This document shows, piece by piece, positions 27,682 to 36,869 of a stretch of 64,000 bases of DNA. Below the pieces are notes generated by a model. It was not told the origin of the DNA. It was given only the letters and a program-made list of their open reading frames with translations, and did not search any database. The DNA comes from Myxococcota bacterium. GTDB taxonomy: Bacteria; Myxococcota_A; UBA9160; SMWR01. Every line of letters starts with the position of its first letter. Position 1 is the first letter of the stretch. The DNA lies in NCBI GenBank assembly GCA_036274295.1, contig DASUFZ010000291.1:3455-67454 (forward strand), read 5' to 3'. A program made the translations under genes and the position numbers.

Positions 27682-28421
27682 GCCCGCCCGCCGCGACGCC
27701 TCCGCGCCGCGAGCACCGCAAGTTCGTGATGGTGCTCGTCGCGCTCTTCGCTATCGAGTTCGCCGCGCTCGCCGTCTCGCCGGTCTCGCGCTCGACCTGG
27801 CTGCTGGAGAACACGCTCGTCGTCGGGCTCGGCGGCGCGCTGCTGCTCAGCTATCGCCGCTTCCGCTTCTCGCGCGTCTCCTACACGCTGCTGTTCGTCT
27901 TCCTCGCGCTCCACGAGATCGGCGCGCACTACACCTATTCGCTCGTGCCCTTCGACGCGTGGTCGCAGCGCTTCCTCGGCTTCTCCATCGACGAGACGTT
28001 CGGCTTCCAGCGCAACCACTACGACCGCGCGCTCCACTTCCTGTACGGGCTGCTCTTCGCCTATCCGATCCGCGAGGTGTTCCTGCGCATTGCGGACGTG
28101 CGCGGCTTCTGGGGCTACTTCCTGCCCCTCGATCTCACCATGTCGACCTCGATGATCTACGAGCTGATCGAGTGGGGCGCCGCCGTCGTCTTCGGCGGCG
28201 ACCTCGGCCAGGCGTATCTCGGCACCCAGGGCGACCCCTGGGACTCGCACGTGGACATGGCGCTCGCGAGCCTCGGCGCGCTCGTCGCGATGGGCATCAC
28301 GCTCTGCATCAACCTCGCGCTGCAGCGCGACTTCGCGTCGGAGTGGGCCGAGAGCTTCCGCATCAAGCAGGCGGAGCCGCTCGGCGAGGAGGCAGTCGCG
28401 CGGATGATCGCGGAGAGCTAG
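27678..28421 (+). CDS. DUF2238-family membrane protein
   Basis: TWLLEN, HEIGAHYTYSLVP, RNHYDRALH, YELIEW and YLGTQGDPWD motifs. Confidence 0.88.
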   Translation: MSPPAATPPRREHRKFVMVLVALFAIEFAALAVSPVSRSTWLLENTLVVGLGGALLLSYRRFRFSRVSYTLLFVFLALHEIGAHYTYSLVPFDAWSQRFLGFSIDETFGFQRNHYDRALHFLYGLLFAYPIREVFLRIADVRGFWGYFLPLDLTMSTSMIYELIEWGAAVVFGGDLGQAYLGTQGDPWDSHVDMALASLGALVAMGITLCINLALQRDFASEWAESFRIKQAEPLGEEAVARMIAES

Positions 28422-28580
28422 CAGGTTGCGGAAAAACGCCGGACCGAGCCGGACGCCGAGATATGACCCGCTCGCAAGGCGCGAAAGCGCAGCCATAGCA
28501 GGCCTACGGCGAGCTTTCGCAACGCAGCGAGCGGGTCCAGAGATCGGTGTCCGGCGACGGGAGAGTTTTTCCGCAGCCTG
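28422..28580. mobile_element. Non-autonomous MITE (159 bp) with 16-bp TIRs and CTAG target duplication
   Basis: CAGGTTGCGGAAAAAC (28422-28437) and GTTTTTCCGCAGCCTG (28565-28580), 1 mismatch. CTAG at 28418-28421 and 28581-28584. Confidence 0.82.
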
Positions 28581-28955
28581 CTAGGCGGGGCTCTCGCGCG
28601 CGTCGGCGATACGCGACAGCGCGACCTCCACGAGGCGCGCGTCGAGCCCGAGCGGCTCGCCGATCTTCACGCGCAGCTCGGGATGGCGCTCGCGCGCCGC
28701 CGCCACGGCGCGCGGGATGTCCTCTGCGGTGTGGCGCCCCGGCGCGAGGAACCAGGGCAGCAGCACGACCTCGCGCGCGCCGGACGACGCGCACGTCGCG
28801 AGCGCCGCGGCGATGTCCGGCGCGGCGATCTCGAGGTGCGCCGTCACGACCAGGGTGCCGGGCTCGCGCTCGCGCAGCCGCTCGGCCAATGCCTCGAGCT
28901 GCGCGTTCGCCTCGGCGCGCCGGCTGCCGTGATCGACGAGCACGACGGCCCGCAC
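28581..28955 (-). CDS. Small CbiX/SirB-type sirohydrochlorin chelatase
   Basis: LVDHGSR, AHLE and PWFLAPGRHTAEDIP motifs. Confidence 0.88.
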   Translation of the reverse strand: MRAVVLVDHGSRRAEANAQLEALAERLREREPGTLVVTAHLEIAAPDIAAALATCASSGAREVVLLPWFLAPGRHTAEDIPRAVAAARERHPELRVKIGEPLGLDARLVEVALSRIADARESPA

Positions 28956-28961
28956 GGCTCC

Positions 28962-29252
28962 CTACCAGTACGACGCGCGCACCCGGGCGTCGGCCGAGAG
29001 GATCACGCGGCAGGCGAGGCGCTCGGACGCGTCCACGCGGTTGCGCCGCTTGCTGCGCTGCTCGTCCTCGCTCTCCGCGCCGAGCGCTTCGGCGCCGTCG
29101 AGGATCTCGAGTCCGCAGCGCCCGCAGAGGCCGCCTGCGCCGCAGGCGCTCGCGATCGGCAGGCCCGCGCACCGCGCCGCCTCGAGCAAAGTCGTGCCGC
29201 GCACGACGCGCACCTCGCGACCCGAGGGCTCGAAGCGGACCTTCACGCGCAT
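28962..29252 (-). CDS. 2Fe-2S ferredoxin-type protein
   Basis: TLLEAA…CGAGGLCGRC…RLAC. Confidence 0.88.
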   Translation of the reverse strand: MRVKVRFEPSGREVRVVRGTTLLEAARCAGLPIASACGAGGLCGRCGLEILDGAEALGAESEDEQRSKRRNRVDASERLACRVILSADARVRASYW

Positions 29253-29336
29253 GGCGTCGAGCATAGATGCGAGCGGGTGCGCGGCACAACGCGCTTCGTT
29301 CGCCCGCCCCTGCGAAACCCGATACCCTCGCGCGCC

Positions 29337-30062
29337 ATGCCGACCGCCGGAATCCTCGTGATCGGAAACGAGATCCTCTCCGGCAAGGTCGTCGACACCA
29401 ACTCCCCGTACCTGTGTCGCGAGCTGCGCGCCCTCGGCGTCGACGTCGAGCGCATCGTCACCATCCCGGACGCGATCGACGTGATCGCCGAGCACGTCCG
29501 CGTGATGAGCGAGACCTACGACTTCGTGCTCACGTCGGGCGGCATCGGCCCCACGCACGACGACCTCACCGTCGAGGGCGTCGCCGCTGCCTTCGGGCGC
29601 CCGCTCGAGCAGAGCGACTCGATCCTCGAGCGCCTGCGGCGCGCGGTCGGCGGCGAGCCGAACGCGAGCCAGAAGAAGATGGCCCAGATCCCCGCCGGCT
29701 CGAACCTGCTCGACGCGGGCGACCTGTGGTTCCCGCTCGTCGTGGTCGGCAACGTCTACATCTTCCCAGGCATCCCGGAGCTGCTGCGCAAGAAGTTCGA
29801 GTCGGCGCGCGAGCGCTTCCGCGGCGTGCCCTTCGTGCTGAAGCGCGTCTACGTGCGCTCGATGGAGAGCGAGATCGCCGAGGATCTGCACGCGCTGCTC
29901 CGCCAGTTCCCCGACCTCCTGCTCGGCTCGTATCCGCGCATCCAGGAGGAGGCCTTCCGCGTGCTGCTGACCCTCGAGTCGCGCGACGCGGGCTACGTGC
30001 AGCAGGCGCTCGACGCGCTGCTCGAACGGCTGCCGGCGGCGGCGGTCTTCAAGGTCGAGTAG
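29337..30062 (+). CDS. Molybdopterin-binding/CinA N-terminal-like protein (FAD/ADP-ribose pyrophosphatase-like)
   Basis: IGNEILSGKVVDTN, SGGIGPTHDDLT, PGIP and LGSYP motifs. Confidence 0.88.
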   Translation: MPTAGILVIGNEILSGKVVDTNSPYLCRELRALGVDVERIVTIPDAIDVIAEHVRVMSETYDFVLTSGGIGPTHDDLTVEGVAAAFGRPLEQSDSILERLRRAVGGEPNASQKKMAQIPAGSNLLDAGDLWFPLVVVGNVYIFPGIPELLRKKFESARERFRGVPFVLKRVYVRSMESEIAEDLHALLRQFPDLLLGSYPRIQEEAFRVLLTLESRDAGYVQQALDALLERLPAAAVFKVE

Positions 30063-30503
30063 CTGGACCCCACAGCGCAGGATCCGCTCGCGCGCGCGCT
30101 CGCCTATGCGCATCCGGTGTGGATGGCGCTCTGCCTGCTGCTCGCCGCGGTGACGTTCCGCGCCGGCCTCTCGCTGCGCCGCGCCCGCAACGCGCGGCGG
30201 CCGCCGCCTTCCGGCGCGCGCCGGCTGCACCTGCGCGTCGCGAAGCCGACGGTCGCACTTCTCTGCGTCGGCTTCGCGGCCGGGCTGGCCTCGGCGGTAT
30301 GGCTGCGCGGCATGACGCCGCTCGCGAGCTTCCACGGGCTCCTCGGCGTCGGCGCGCTCGCGCTCTTCGTCGCAACCTGGCGTCAGGGCGCGCGGCTCGA
30401 GCGCGGCGACACGCGCGTGCGCGTGCTGCACGCGCGTCTCGGCGCCGGCGCGCTGCTCCTCGCCGTCGCCGCGGCGATCGCCGGCTTCGCGATCCTGCCG
30501 TGA
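30063..30503 (+). CDS. DUF4079-like membrane protein
   Basis: YAHPVWM, four TM segments with His residues (RLH, SFHG, VLHA). Start uncertain. Confidence 0.6.
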   Translation: MDPTAQDPLARALAYAHPVWMALCLLLAAVTFRAGLSLRRARNARRPPPSGARRLHLRVAKPTVALLCVGFAAGLASAVWLRGMTPLASFHGLLGVGALALFVATWRQGARLERGDTRVRVLHARLGAGALLLAVAAAIAGFAILP

Positions 30504-30609
30504 TCTTGCCGGGCGTTCGCGCTCGCTGTCCGCTCGCGCTCGGGCATTCCGGCCTTCGCTCGGCTGCGCCTCGCTGCGCGTCGGCCGACTTGTGTCGGCC
30601 TCCTTGCTG
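30503..30609 (+). repeat. Dispersed ~100-bp intergenic repeat, copy 3
   Basis: Aligns by eye with copy 1 (CGCTCGCGCTCGGGCATTCCGGCCTTCG…GTCGGCCGAC.TGTGTCGGCCTCCTTGCT). Confidence 0.85.
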
Positions 30610-30729
30610 CTGCCGGTCCCGCGTCCGCGAACGCGACGCGGATTAGATCGGCTAACGAAGAGACGTCGCGCGTAGCGAGCGGAGCTACGCTCGCGCGCCG
30701 ATGCCCCGCGCCGGGGAACCGAGGGCTGC

Positions 30730-31920
30730 ATGGTGATCGACGAGTCGGGCCGCATCAATCTCTTCCACGAAGAGTTCGCGCGCTGCCCGCAGCCCGCCTA
30801 CAAGGAGCTGCGCACGCGCTGCCCCGTCGGACGCAGCGTGCTGTCGAACGCGCCGGTCATCTCGCGCTACGAGGACGTGCTCTGGGCGCTCCGTCATCCG
30901 GAGATCTTCTCTTCGGAGATGGAGATGCACATGCAGCTCGGGACCGAGCGCCCGATGATCCCGCAGCAGATCGATCCGCCGGCGCAGACCCGCTACCGCC
31001 GCCTCCTCGATCCGCACTTCTCGCGCCGCAAGATGGAAGAGCTCGCGCCGGGCGTCGCGCGACACGCGCGCGCGTTGATCGACGGCTTCGCGCGCGACGG
31101 CGAATGCGAGTTCGACGCCGCCTTCGCCATCCCGCTGCCCTGCACCGCCTTCCTCGATCTGCTCGGCCTGCCCGCTTCCGACCTCGGCTTCTTCCTCGAG
31201 CTGAAGGACGACATCATCCGCCCGCACAAGGGCCGGCCGGGCATCGCGCACACCGAGCTCCAGCCCGTGCGCAACGCGGCGGGCGCGCGCAACTACGAGT
31301 ACTTCCGGCGCGCGCTCGACGAGCGCGAGGCGCACCCGCGCGACGACATGCTGACCGCCCTCGCGCGCGCCGAGATCGACGGCGAGCGCCTGTCGCGCAA
31401 CGAGATCCTGGACATCTGCTTCCTGCTGCTGCTCGCCGGACTCGACACCGTCACCTCGACGCTCGGCTGCAACATGACGTACCTCGCTTCGAACCCGGAG
31501 CAGCGCCAGCGCCTGCTCGACGACCCGAAGCTGATCCCGGGCGCCGTCGAGGAGCTGCTGCGCTGGGAGACGCCCGTGGTCGCCGTGCCGCGGCTCGTGA
31601 AGCAGAGCGTGACGCTCAGCGGCGTCGAGCTGAAGGAGGGCGAGCTCGCGACCCTGCTGATCGGCTCCGCCAACACCGACGACGAGCACTTCGAGGACGC
31701 GCAGATCGTCGACTTCGAGCGCGAGCGCAACATCCACGCCGCCTTCGGCGCCGGCCCGCACCGCTGCCTCGGCTCGCACCTCGCGCGCATGGAGCTGCGC
31801 GTCGCCATGGAGGTGTGGCACGAGCGCATCCCGCACTACCGCATCAAGCCCGGCGAACAGCCCCGCTTCTCGCCGGGCATCCGCGAGGCGCTCTACCTGC
31901 CGCTCGTCTGGGACCTCTGA
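30730..31920 (+). CDS. Cytochrome P450
   Basis: I-helix LAGLDTV, EELLR (ExxR) and heme motif FGAGPHRCLG. Confidence 0.96.
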   Translation: MVIDESGRINLFHEEFARCPQPAYKELRTRCPVGRSVLSNAPVISRYEDVLWALRHPEIFSSEMEMHMQLGTERPMIPQQIDPPAQTRYRRLLDPHFSRRKMEELAPGVARHARALIDGFARDGECEFDAAFAIPLPCTAFLDLLGLPASDLGFFLELKDDIIRPHKGRPGIAHTELQPVRNAAGARNYEYFRRALDEREAHPRDDMLTALARAEIDGERLSRNEILDICFLLLLAGLDTVTSTLGCNMTYLASNPEQRQRLLDDPKLIPGAVEELLRWETPVVAVPRLVKQSVTLSGVELKEGELATLLIGSANTDDEHFEDAQIVDFERERNIHAAFGAGPHRCLGSHLARMELRVAMEVWHERIPHYRIKPGEQPRFSPGIREALYLPLVWDL

Positions 31921-32111
31921 TGCGCGTGCACGTCGACCGCGCGAAGTGCGTCGGTCACGGGCGCTGCTACGTGCTGGCCCCCGACGTGTTCGAGGACGAC
32001 GAGCGCGGCCACTGCGTGGTGCGGAAGACGGAGCTCCCGGCCGAGCTCGAGGAGCAGGCGCGCCGCGGCCAGCAGAACTGCCCGGAGCACGCGATCTCGC
32101 TGCTGCCTTAG
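31920..32111 (+). CDS. 3Fe-4S ferredoxin (P450 partner)
   Basis: CVGHGRC…NCPEHAI. TGATG overlap with the P450 gene. Confidence 0.92.
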   Translation: MRVHVDRAKCVGHGRCYVLAPDVFEDDERGHCVVRKTELPAELEEQARRGQQNCPEHAISLLP

Positions 32112-32139
32112 CCGGGCCTTCGGTCGGCCTCCTTGCTAA
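32109..32139 (+). repeat. Internally deleted copy 4 of the dispersed repeat
   Basis: GCCGGGCCTTCG (left end) joined to GTCGGCCTCCTTGCTA (right end), between convergent stops. Confidence 0.6.
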
Positions 32140-33233
32140 GGGAGAGGCGGCAGCGCATCGACGGCGCGCTGGCGTAGCCAGTGGTCCGCGAGCACGAGGC
32201 AGACCATCGCCTCGACCATCGGCACCGCGCGCGGCAGCACGCAGGGATCGTGACGCCCGCGCGCCTCGAGCACCGCGGCGTCGCCGCCGCGCGTCACGGT
32301 CTGCTGCGCGAGCGCGATCGTCGCCGTCGGCTTGAAGGCCACGCGCACGACCACCGGCTCGCCGTTGCTGATGCCGCCCTGCACGCCGCCCGAGCGGTTC
32401 GCGGCGGTGCGCGGACGGCCGTCCGGTCCGGGCACGAAGGGATCGTTGTGCTCGATGCCCGTCATGCGCGTGCCGGCGAAGCCGCTGCCGATCTCGAAGC
32501 CCTTCGACGCCGGCAGCGAGAGCAGCGCGCGCGCGAGATCCGCCTCGAGCTTGTCGAAGACGGGCTCGCCGAGTCCCGGCGGCACGCCGCGCGCGACGCA
32601 CTCGACGACGCCGCCGAGCGAGTCGCCGCGCTCGCGCGCCGCGTCGATGGCCTGGATCATCTGGCGCGCGGCCGAGGGATCCGGGCAGCGCACCTCGCTC
32701 GCCTCGACCGCCTCGAGGCTCACGACGTCGCCGTCGACCTTCGCCTCCACCTCGTGCACGCGCTGCACCCACGCGACGATCTCGACGCCCGCCGCGTCGC
32801 GCAGCAGCTTGCGCGCGATCGCGCCCGCCGCGACGCGGCCGATCGTCTCGCGCGCGCTCGAGCGCCCGCCGCCCTGCCAGTTGCGGATGCCGTACTTGGC
32901 CTCGGTCGTGTAGTCCGCATGCGACGGCCGATACACGTCCTTCATGTGCTCGTAGGCCGAGGGCCGCGCGTCCTCGTTGCGCACGAGCAGCGCGATCGGC
33001 GAGCCGATGGTCCGGCCCTCGAAGAGGCCCGAGAGGATCTCGACCCGGTCCGCCTCCTGGCGCGGCGTCGTGAGCCGGCTCTGTCCCGGCCGGCGCCGGT
33101 CGAGATCGCGCTGGATGTCGGCGACGTCGAGCGCGAGCCGCGGGGGACAGCCGTCCACGACGACGCCGACACCGCCGCCGTGGCTCTCGCCGAAGGTGGA
33201 GATGCGGAAGACGCGGCCGAAATCGCTGCTCAT
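32136..33233 (-). CDS. aroC: Chorismate synthase
   Basis: [35 protein letters not shown] and GRHDPCV motifs. Confidence 0.97.
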   Translation of the reverse strand: MSSDFGRVFRISTFGESHGGGVGVVVDGCPPRLALDVADIQRDLDRRRPGQSRLTTPRQEADRVEILSGLFEGRTIGSPIALLVRNEDARPSAYEHMKDVYRPSHADYTTEAKYGIRNWQGGGRSSARETIGRVAAGAIARKLLRDAAGVEIVAWVQRVHEVEAKVDGDVVSLEAVEASEVRCPDPSAARQMIQAIDAARERGDSLGGVVECVARGVPPGLGEPVFDKLEADLARALLSLPASKGFEIGSGFAGTRMTGIEHNDPFVPGPDGRPRTAANRSGGVQGGISNGEPVVVRVAFKPTATIALAQQTVTRGGDAAVLEARGRHDPCVLPRAVPMVEAMVCLVLADHWLRQRAVDALPPLP

Positions 33234-33685
33234 GTCTCGTCCTGCTCTCCACGCCGGCGGTTCGCGGCGGAGGATACCGCCGGCTCGCGCACCCGCCGGA
33301 TCCACACGAGCGTGGCGCCCGCTCCGCCGAGCGCGCGCGGGGCCGTCGCGAAGGCGAGCACGAGCTCGGATTGCGGCGCCTCCTGGAGCCAGCTCGGCAG
33401 CGCATCCCGCAGCACCGGGCGCGACTCCGAGTGGATGCCACGTCCATGCACCACGAGCACGCATCGCTCGCCCGCCGCGCGCGCCTCGCGAAGCTCTCGC
33501 GCAAGCCGCTGCCTGGCGTCGCGCGCCGGGAGTCCGTGGAGATCGACTTCGCGATCCGGCTCGGCGCCGCTCGAGCGGAGCTTCGCGAGGATCGCGCGCG
33601 ACACGTCCTCGGGGCGCCCGCTGACGACGTCGCCCGACACCTCGACGACGAAGCGCCGCGGCTCGCCCGGACGCCGCTTCGTCAC
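33230..33685 (-). CDS. Smr/MutS2-type domain protein
   Basis: [15 protein letters not shown] and GGAGATLV motifs. Confidence 0.9.
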   Translation of the reverse strand: MTKRRPGEPRRFVVEVSGDVVSGRPEDVSRAILAKLRSSGAEPDREVDLHGLPARDARQRLARELREARAAGERCVLVVHGRGIHSESRPVLRDALPSWLQEAPQSELVLAFATAPRALGGAGATLVWIRRVREPAVSSAANRRRGEQDET

Positions 33686-34746
33686 GTCGCGACGGGCAGC
33701 GCGAGCTCGAGCGCCTTGCGGGTCGGCCCGCCCTGCGGCAGCGCGCGCAGCTCCGGGGGCGCGAGCCAGCGATGCGCCGTCGGACCGCGCAGGCGCACGC
33801 GGCCGGCGCCGACCCGGCACTGGAACACGTGCAGGCGGAGCGCGATGTGCGTGAAGCCGTGCTCGACGCGACCGAGCGCCCGCGCCTCGGCGACCTCGAG
33901 CCCCACGCGTTCCGCGAGCGTACGCGCGATCGCGTCGTCGGTGCTCTCGCCGGCCGCGACGTCGCCGCCGGGCAGCTCCCACATGCCGGCCAGCAGGCCC
34001 GTGTCCGGGCGCCGCACGGCCAGCGCGCGCCCGCGCCGCAGCACCAGCGCGGCGACGGCGTCGACCTCGCGCACGCGCGTCCTGCGCGGCTTGTGCGGCA
34101 GCGATTCGGCGTCGCCGGCGCGGTGCGCGTCGCAAGCGCGCGCGACCGGGCACGCCTCGCAGCGCGGCGCGCGCGGCGTACACACGGTGGCGCCGAGCTC
34201 CATCAGCGCCTGGTTCAGCGCGCCGGGCTCGGGTCCGTCGGCGAGCGCGGCGGCCTCCTGCCACAGGCGCTTGCGCGAGCCGGCGGCCGCGATGTCTTCG
34301 CGGATGCCGAGGAGACGCGCGAGGACGCGCGCAACGTTGCCGTCGACGATCGGCTCCGGGCGGTCGAAGGCGATCGACGCGACGGCGCCCGCCGTGTAGG
34401 GCCCGATGCCCGGCAGCGCGCGCAGCGATCCGGCATCGTCGGGCAGCTCTCCGCCGTGGCGCTCGACGACGACCTGCGCGGCGCGGTGCAGGTTGCGCGC
34501 GCGCGAGTAGTAGCCGAGCCCCGTCCACAGGCCGAGCACCTCGTCGATCTCGGCGCGCGCGAGCGAGCCGACGTCGGGAAAGCGCGCGAGGAAGCGCGCG
34601 TAGTACGGCAGGACCGTCTCGACGCGCGTCTGCTGCAGCATCGACTCGGAGATCCAGATGGCGTACGGATCCCGCGTGCGCCGCCACGGGAGGTCGCGGC
34701 GCTCCGCGTGGTACCAGGCGAGGAGACGCGCGCGCAGCGCGCTCAG
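33682..34746 (-). CDS. mutY: A/G-specific adenine glycosylase
   Basis: [58 protein letters not shown] and a NUDIX-like C-terminus. Start uncertain (CTG 34746 or ATG 34824). Confidence 0.95.
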   Translation of the reverse strand: MSALRARLLAWYHAERRDLPWRRTRDPYAIWISESMLQQTRVETVLPYYARFLARFPDVGSLARAEIDEVLGLWTGLGYYSRARNLHRAAQVVVERHGGELPDDAGSLRALPGIGPYTAGAVASIAFDRPEPIVDGNVARVLARLLGIREDIAAAGSRKRLWQEAAALADGPEPGALNQALMELGATVCTPRAPRCEACPVARACDAHRAGDAESLPHKPRRTRVREVDAVAALVLRRGRALAVRRPDTGLLAGMWELPGGDVAAGESTDDAIARTLAERVGLEVAEARALGRVEHGFTHIALRLHVFQCRVGAGRVRLRGPTAHRWLAPPELRALPQGGPTRKALELALPVAT

Positions 34747-36086
34747 CCGCCGTTTGCCTCGGCCTGCGGCTGCGCCTGCCAGCGGTCGCGGATGTGCGTC
34801 TCCACCCACTTCGCATCCCACCATTCGACGGGGTCGACGTAGGTGTCGCCCACGAGCACCGCGAAGTGCAAGTGATCGCCGCCCGCCAGACCCGTGGACC
34901 CGGAGCGGCCGAGCGTCTGCCCCTGCTTCACCGTGTCGCCGGCGTGGACGTCGAAGCTCGACAGATGGCCGTAGAGCGTGCCGACGCCCATGCCGTGGTC
35001 GATCAGCACGCAGTTGCCGTAGATGCCGAGCTCGTCGGCGTAGGCGACGCGGCCGGCCGCGGCCGCGGTGATGGGCGCGCCGGCCGTGGACGCGAGGTCG
35101 TAGCCGTAGTGCGTCGCCTTCGAGACGGCCGCGCCGTCGACGAAGTAGGTGCGCTGCTCGGCAAAGCGGCTCGTGACCTGCGAGTTGGCGAGCTGCTGGA
35201 GGCCGCCGTCGAAGAGCGGCGCGGTCGAGGTATCGGCGAGCAGCTCGCGGATGCGCTTCTCGTTCTCCGCCCGCACGCGCGTGTTGACGTCGTCGAAGCT
35301 GGCGGCCGGATCGGGCGTCTCGCCGCCCGCGAGGCGCGGCAGCACGTTGTCGAAGAAGGAGCGGGTCAGGGTCACGCTGGCGATCGGCTGCTGGACCTCT
35401 TTCACGACGAGCGGCCAGCTCGCGGTCGTCTCGTTGCCGGCCGCGTCGCGCGCGACCACCTGCGGCGTCCCGGCGATGCCGAACGGCAGGGCGAAGATCG
35501 CGATGCGCTCGCCCTCGGCGCCGCCCGGCTTCGGGTAGCCGCGATAGAAGCGCTCGCCGACGCGCACGCCGTCCGCCGAGGTCGGCTCGGAGACGCGGTA
35601 TGCGACGGCCCCCGAGCCGCCGCGCTGTCCGTAGCTCAGGCCCGTCTCGACCGAGAGGCGCGGGGGGTCGACGTCCACGACGATCGGGAGATCGCGCTCC
35701 GCCGCGTTCCCGGAGAGCCACTGGCGCCACGACCAGTCGCGCGCGGTGATCCGCACCTTCGCCTGGTCGCCGAGCTTGCCGAGCGCTTTCGGATCGAGGG
35801 GGACGGAGGCGGCGTGCTCGATCCGCGGCCCGCCGGAGATGAGGCTGCCGGGGTACGCCTCCTCGAGCAGCACCTGCGTCTTGTCGCCGTCCACGAGCTC
35901 GACGCGCAGCGAGCGCAGGCCCGAGCGCGGATCGGCCAGCGCGATCTCGAGCGGCGCGGCCGCGCGGCCGACGAGCAGCGACTCGGGCGCCGTCAGGCTC
36001 GGCGCCTCACCCTCGGCGCGGATCCAGAACGCGGCGCCCGCGCCCACCAGCACCAGCAGTGCAACGATGGCAAGTAGAGCTCTCAC
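34743..36086 (-). CDS. M23-family metallopeptidase
   Basis: N-terminal TM, HYGYD, YGNCVLIDHG, LYGHL and GDHLHF motifs. Confidence 0.92.
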   Translation of the reverse strand: MRALLAIVALLVLVGAGAAFWIRAEGEAPSLTAPESLLVGRAAAPLEIALADPRSGLRSLRVELVDGDKTQVLLEEAYPGSLISGGPRIEHAASVPLDPKALGKLGDQAKVRITARDWSWRQWLSGNAAERDLPIVVDVDPPRLSVETGLSYGQRGGSGAVAYRVSEPTSADGVRVGERFYRGYPKPGGAEGERIAIFALPFGIAGTPQVVARDAAGNETTASWPLVVKEVQQPIASVTLTRSFFDNVLPRLAGGETPDPAASFDDVNTRVRAENEKRIRELLADTSTAPLFDGGLQQLANSQVTSRFAEQRTYFVDGAAVSKATHYGYDLASTAGAPITAAAAGRVAYADELGIYGNCVLIDHGMGVGTLYGHLSSFDVHAGDTVKQGQTLGRSGSTGLAGGDHLHFAVLVGDTYVDPVEWWDAKWVETHIRDRWQAQPQAEANGG

Positions 36087-36119
36087 GGTCCCCCCCAGTG
36101 ACCCGACCGATTCGCAGTC

Positions 36120-36200
36120 TAGAGCGCACGCGCGGAGGCCGCATAGAGCGCACGCGCGGAGGCCGCATAGAGCGCACGCGCGGAGGCCGCATAGAGCGCA
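36120..36200. repeat. Perfect 24-bp tandem repeat, ~3.4 copies
   Basis: (TAGAGCGCACGCGCGGAGGCCGCA)x3 + TAGAGCGCA. Confidence 0.95.
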
Positions 36201-36251
36201 TTGACGCTGCCGGCCGTGTCCACCATCCTCGCGGACCTTTCGGAGAGACGC

Positions 36252-36869
36252 GTGTCGCACCTTCGCCGCATCGTGATGATCCGACACGGAGAGACGGTCG
36301 GGAACTCGCGCGAGCGGCTGCACGGCGCCGCGGACATCGCGCTCTCGGACGAGGGCCGCGCCCAGATGCGCGCCGCCGCGAGGACGCTGCACCAGGAGGT
36401 CTTCGACGTCGTGGTCGCGAGCCCGCTCCAGCGCTCCTGGCAGAGCGCGGCGGCGATCGCGCCGTGCGCGCCGGTCCAGCTCGTGCCCGAGTTCCGCGAG
36501 ATCGACTTCGGGCGCTGGGAGGGCATGAGCCTCGACGAGGTGAAGGCCGCCGATCCCGTCCTCTACGCGGACTGGCGGGCGCGCAAGCCCGGCTTCGAGT
36601 ACCCGGGCGGCGAGCTGCGAGCCGCGTTCCGCGAGCGCGTCGGCCGCGGGCTGGCGAGGGTCGAGCAGACCGGCGCGCAGGGCGCCCTGCTCGTCCTGCA
36701 CAAGGGCGTGATCCGCACGATCGCGGAGCTGCTGCGCGGGGCGCCGCTGGAGGGCAACGAGCCCGAGCTCGGCGGGCGCATCGCGATGTCGCTCGACGCG
36801 GACGGCCGCTGGTTCCTCGGACGCGACAGCAGCAATCCGCAGCCGCTGGAGGAGGATCCCCCGCGATGA
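36252..36869 (+). CDS. Histidine phosphatase (PGM family)
   Basis: IRHGET, SPLQR, REIDFGRWEG, PGGE and LHKGVIR motifs. Confidence 0.9.
   Translation: MSHLRRIVMIRHGETVGNSRERLHGAADIALSDEGRAQMRAAARTLHQEVFDVVVASPLQRSWQSAAAIAPCAPVQLVPEFREIDFGRWEGMSLDEVKAADPVLYADWRARKPGFEYPGGELRAAFRERVGRGLARVEQTGAQGALLVLHKGVIRTIAELLRGAPLEGNEPELGGRIAMSLDADGRWFLGRDSSNPQPLEEDPPR

Noticed and set aside
30643..30655. TTAG-N5-CTAA palindrome upstream of the P450 gene
   Set aside because: Only 4-bp arms and no adjacent regulator, too weak to call an operator.
36120..36200. Possible mini-CRISPR array
   Set aside because: The units are contiguous and identical with no unique spacers, and there are no cas genes.
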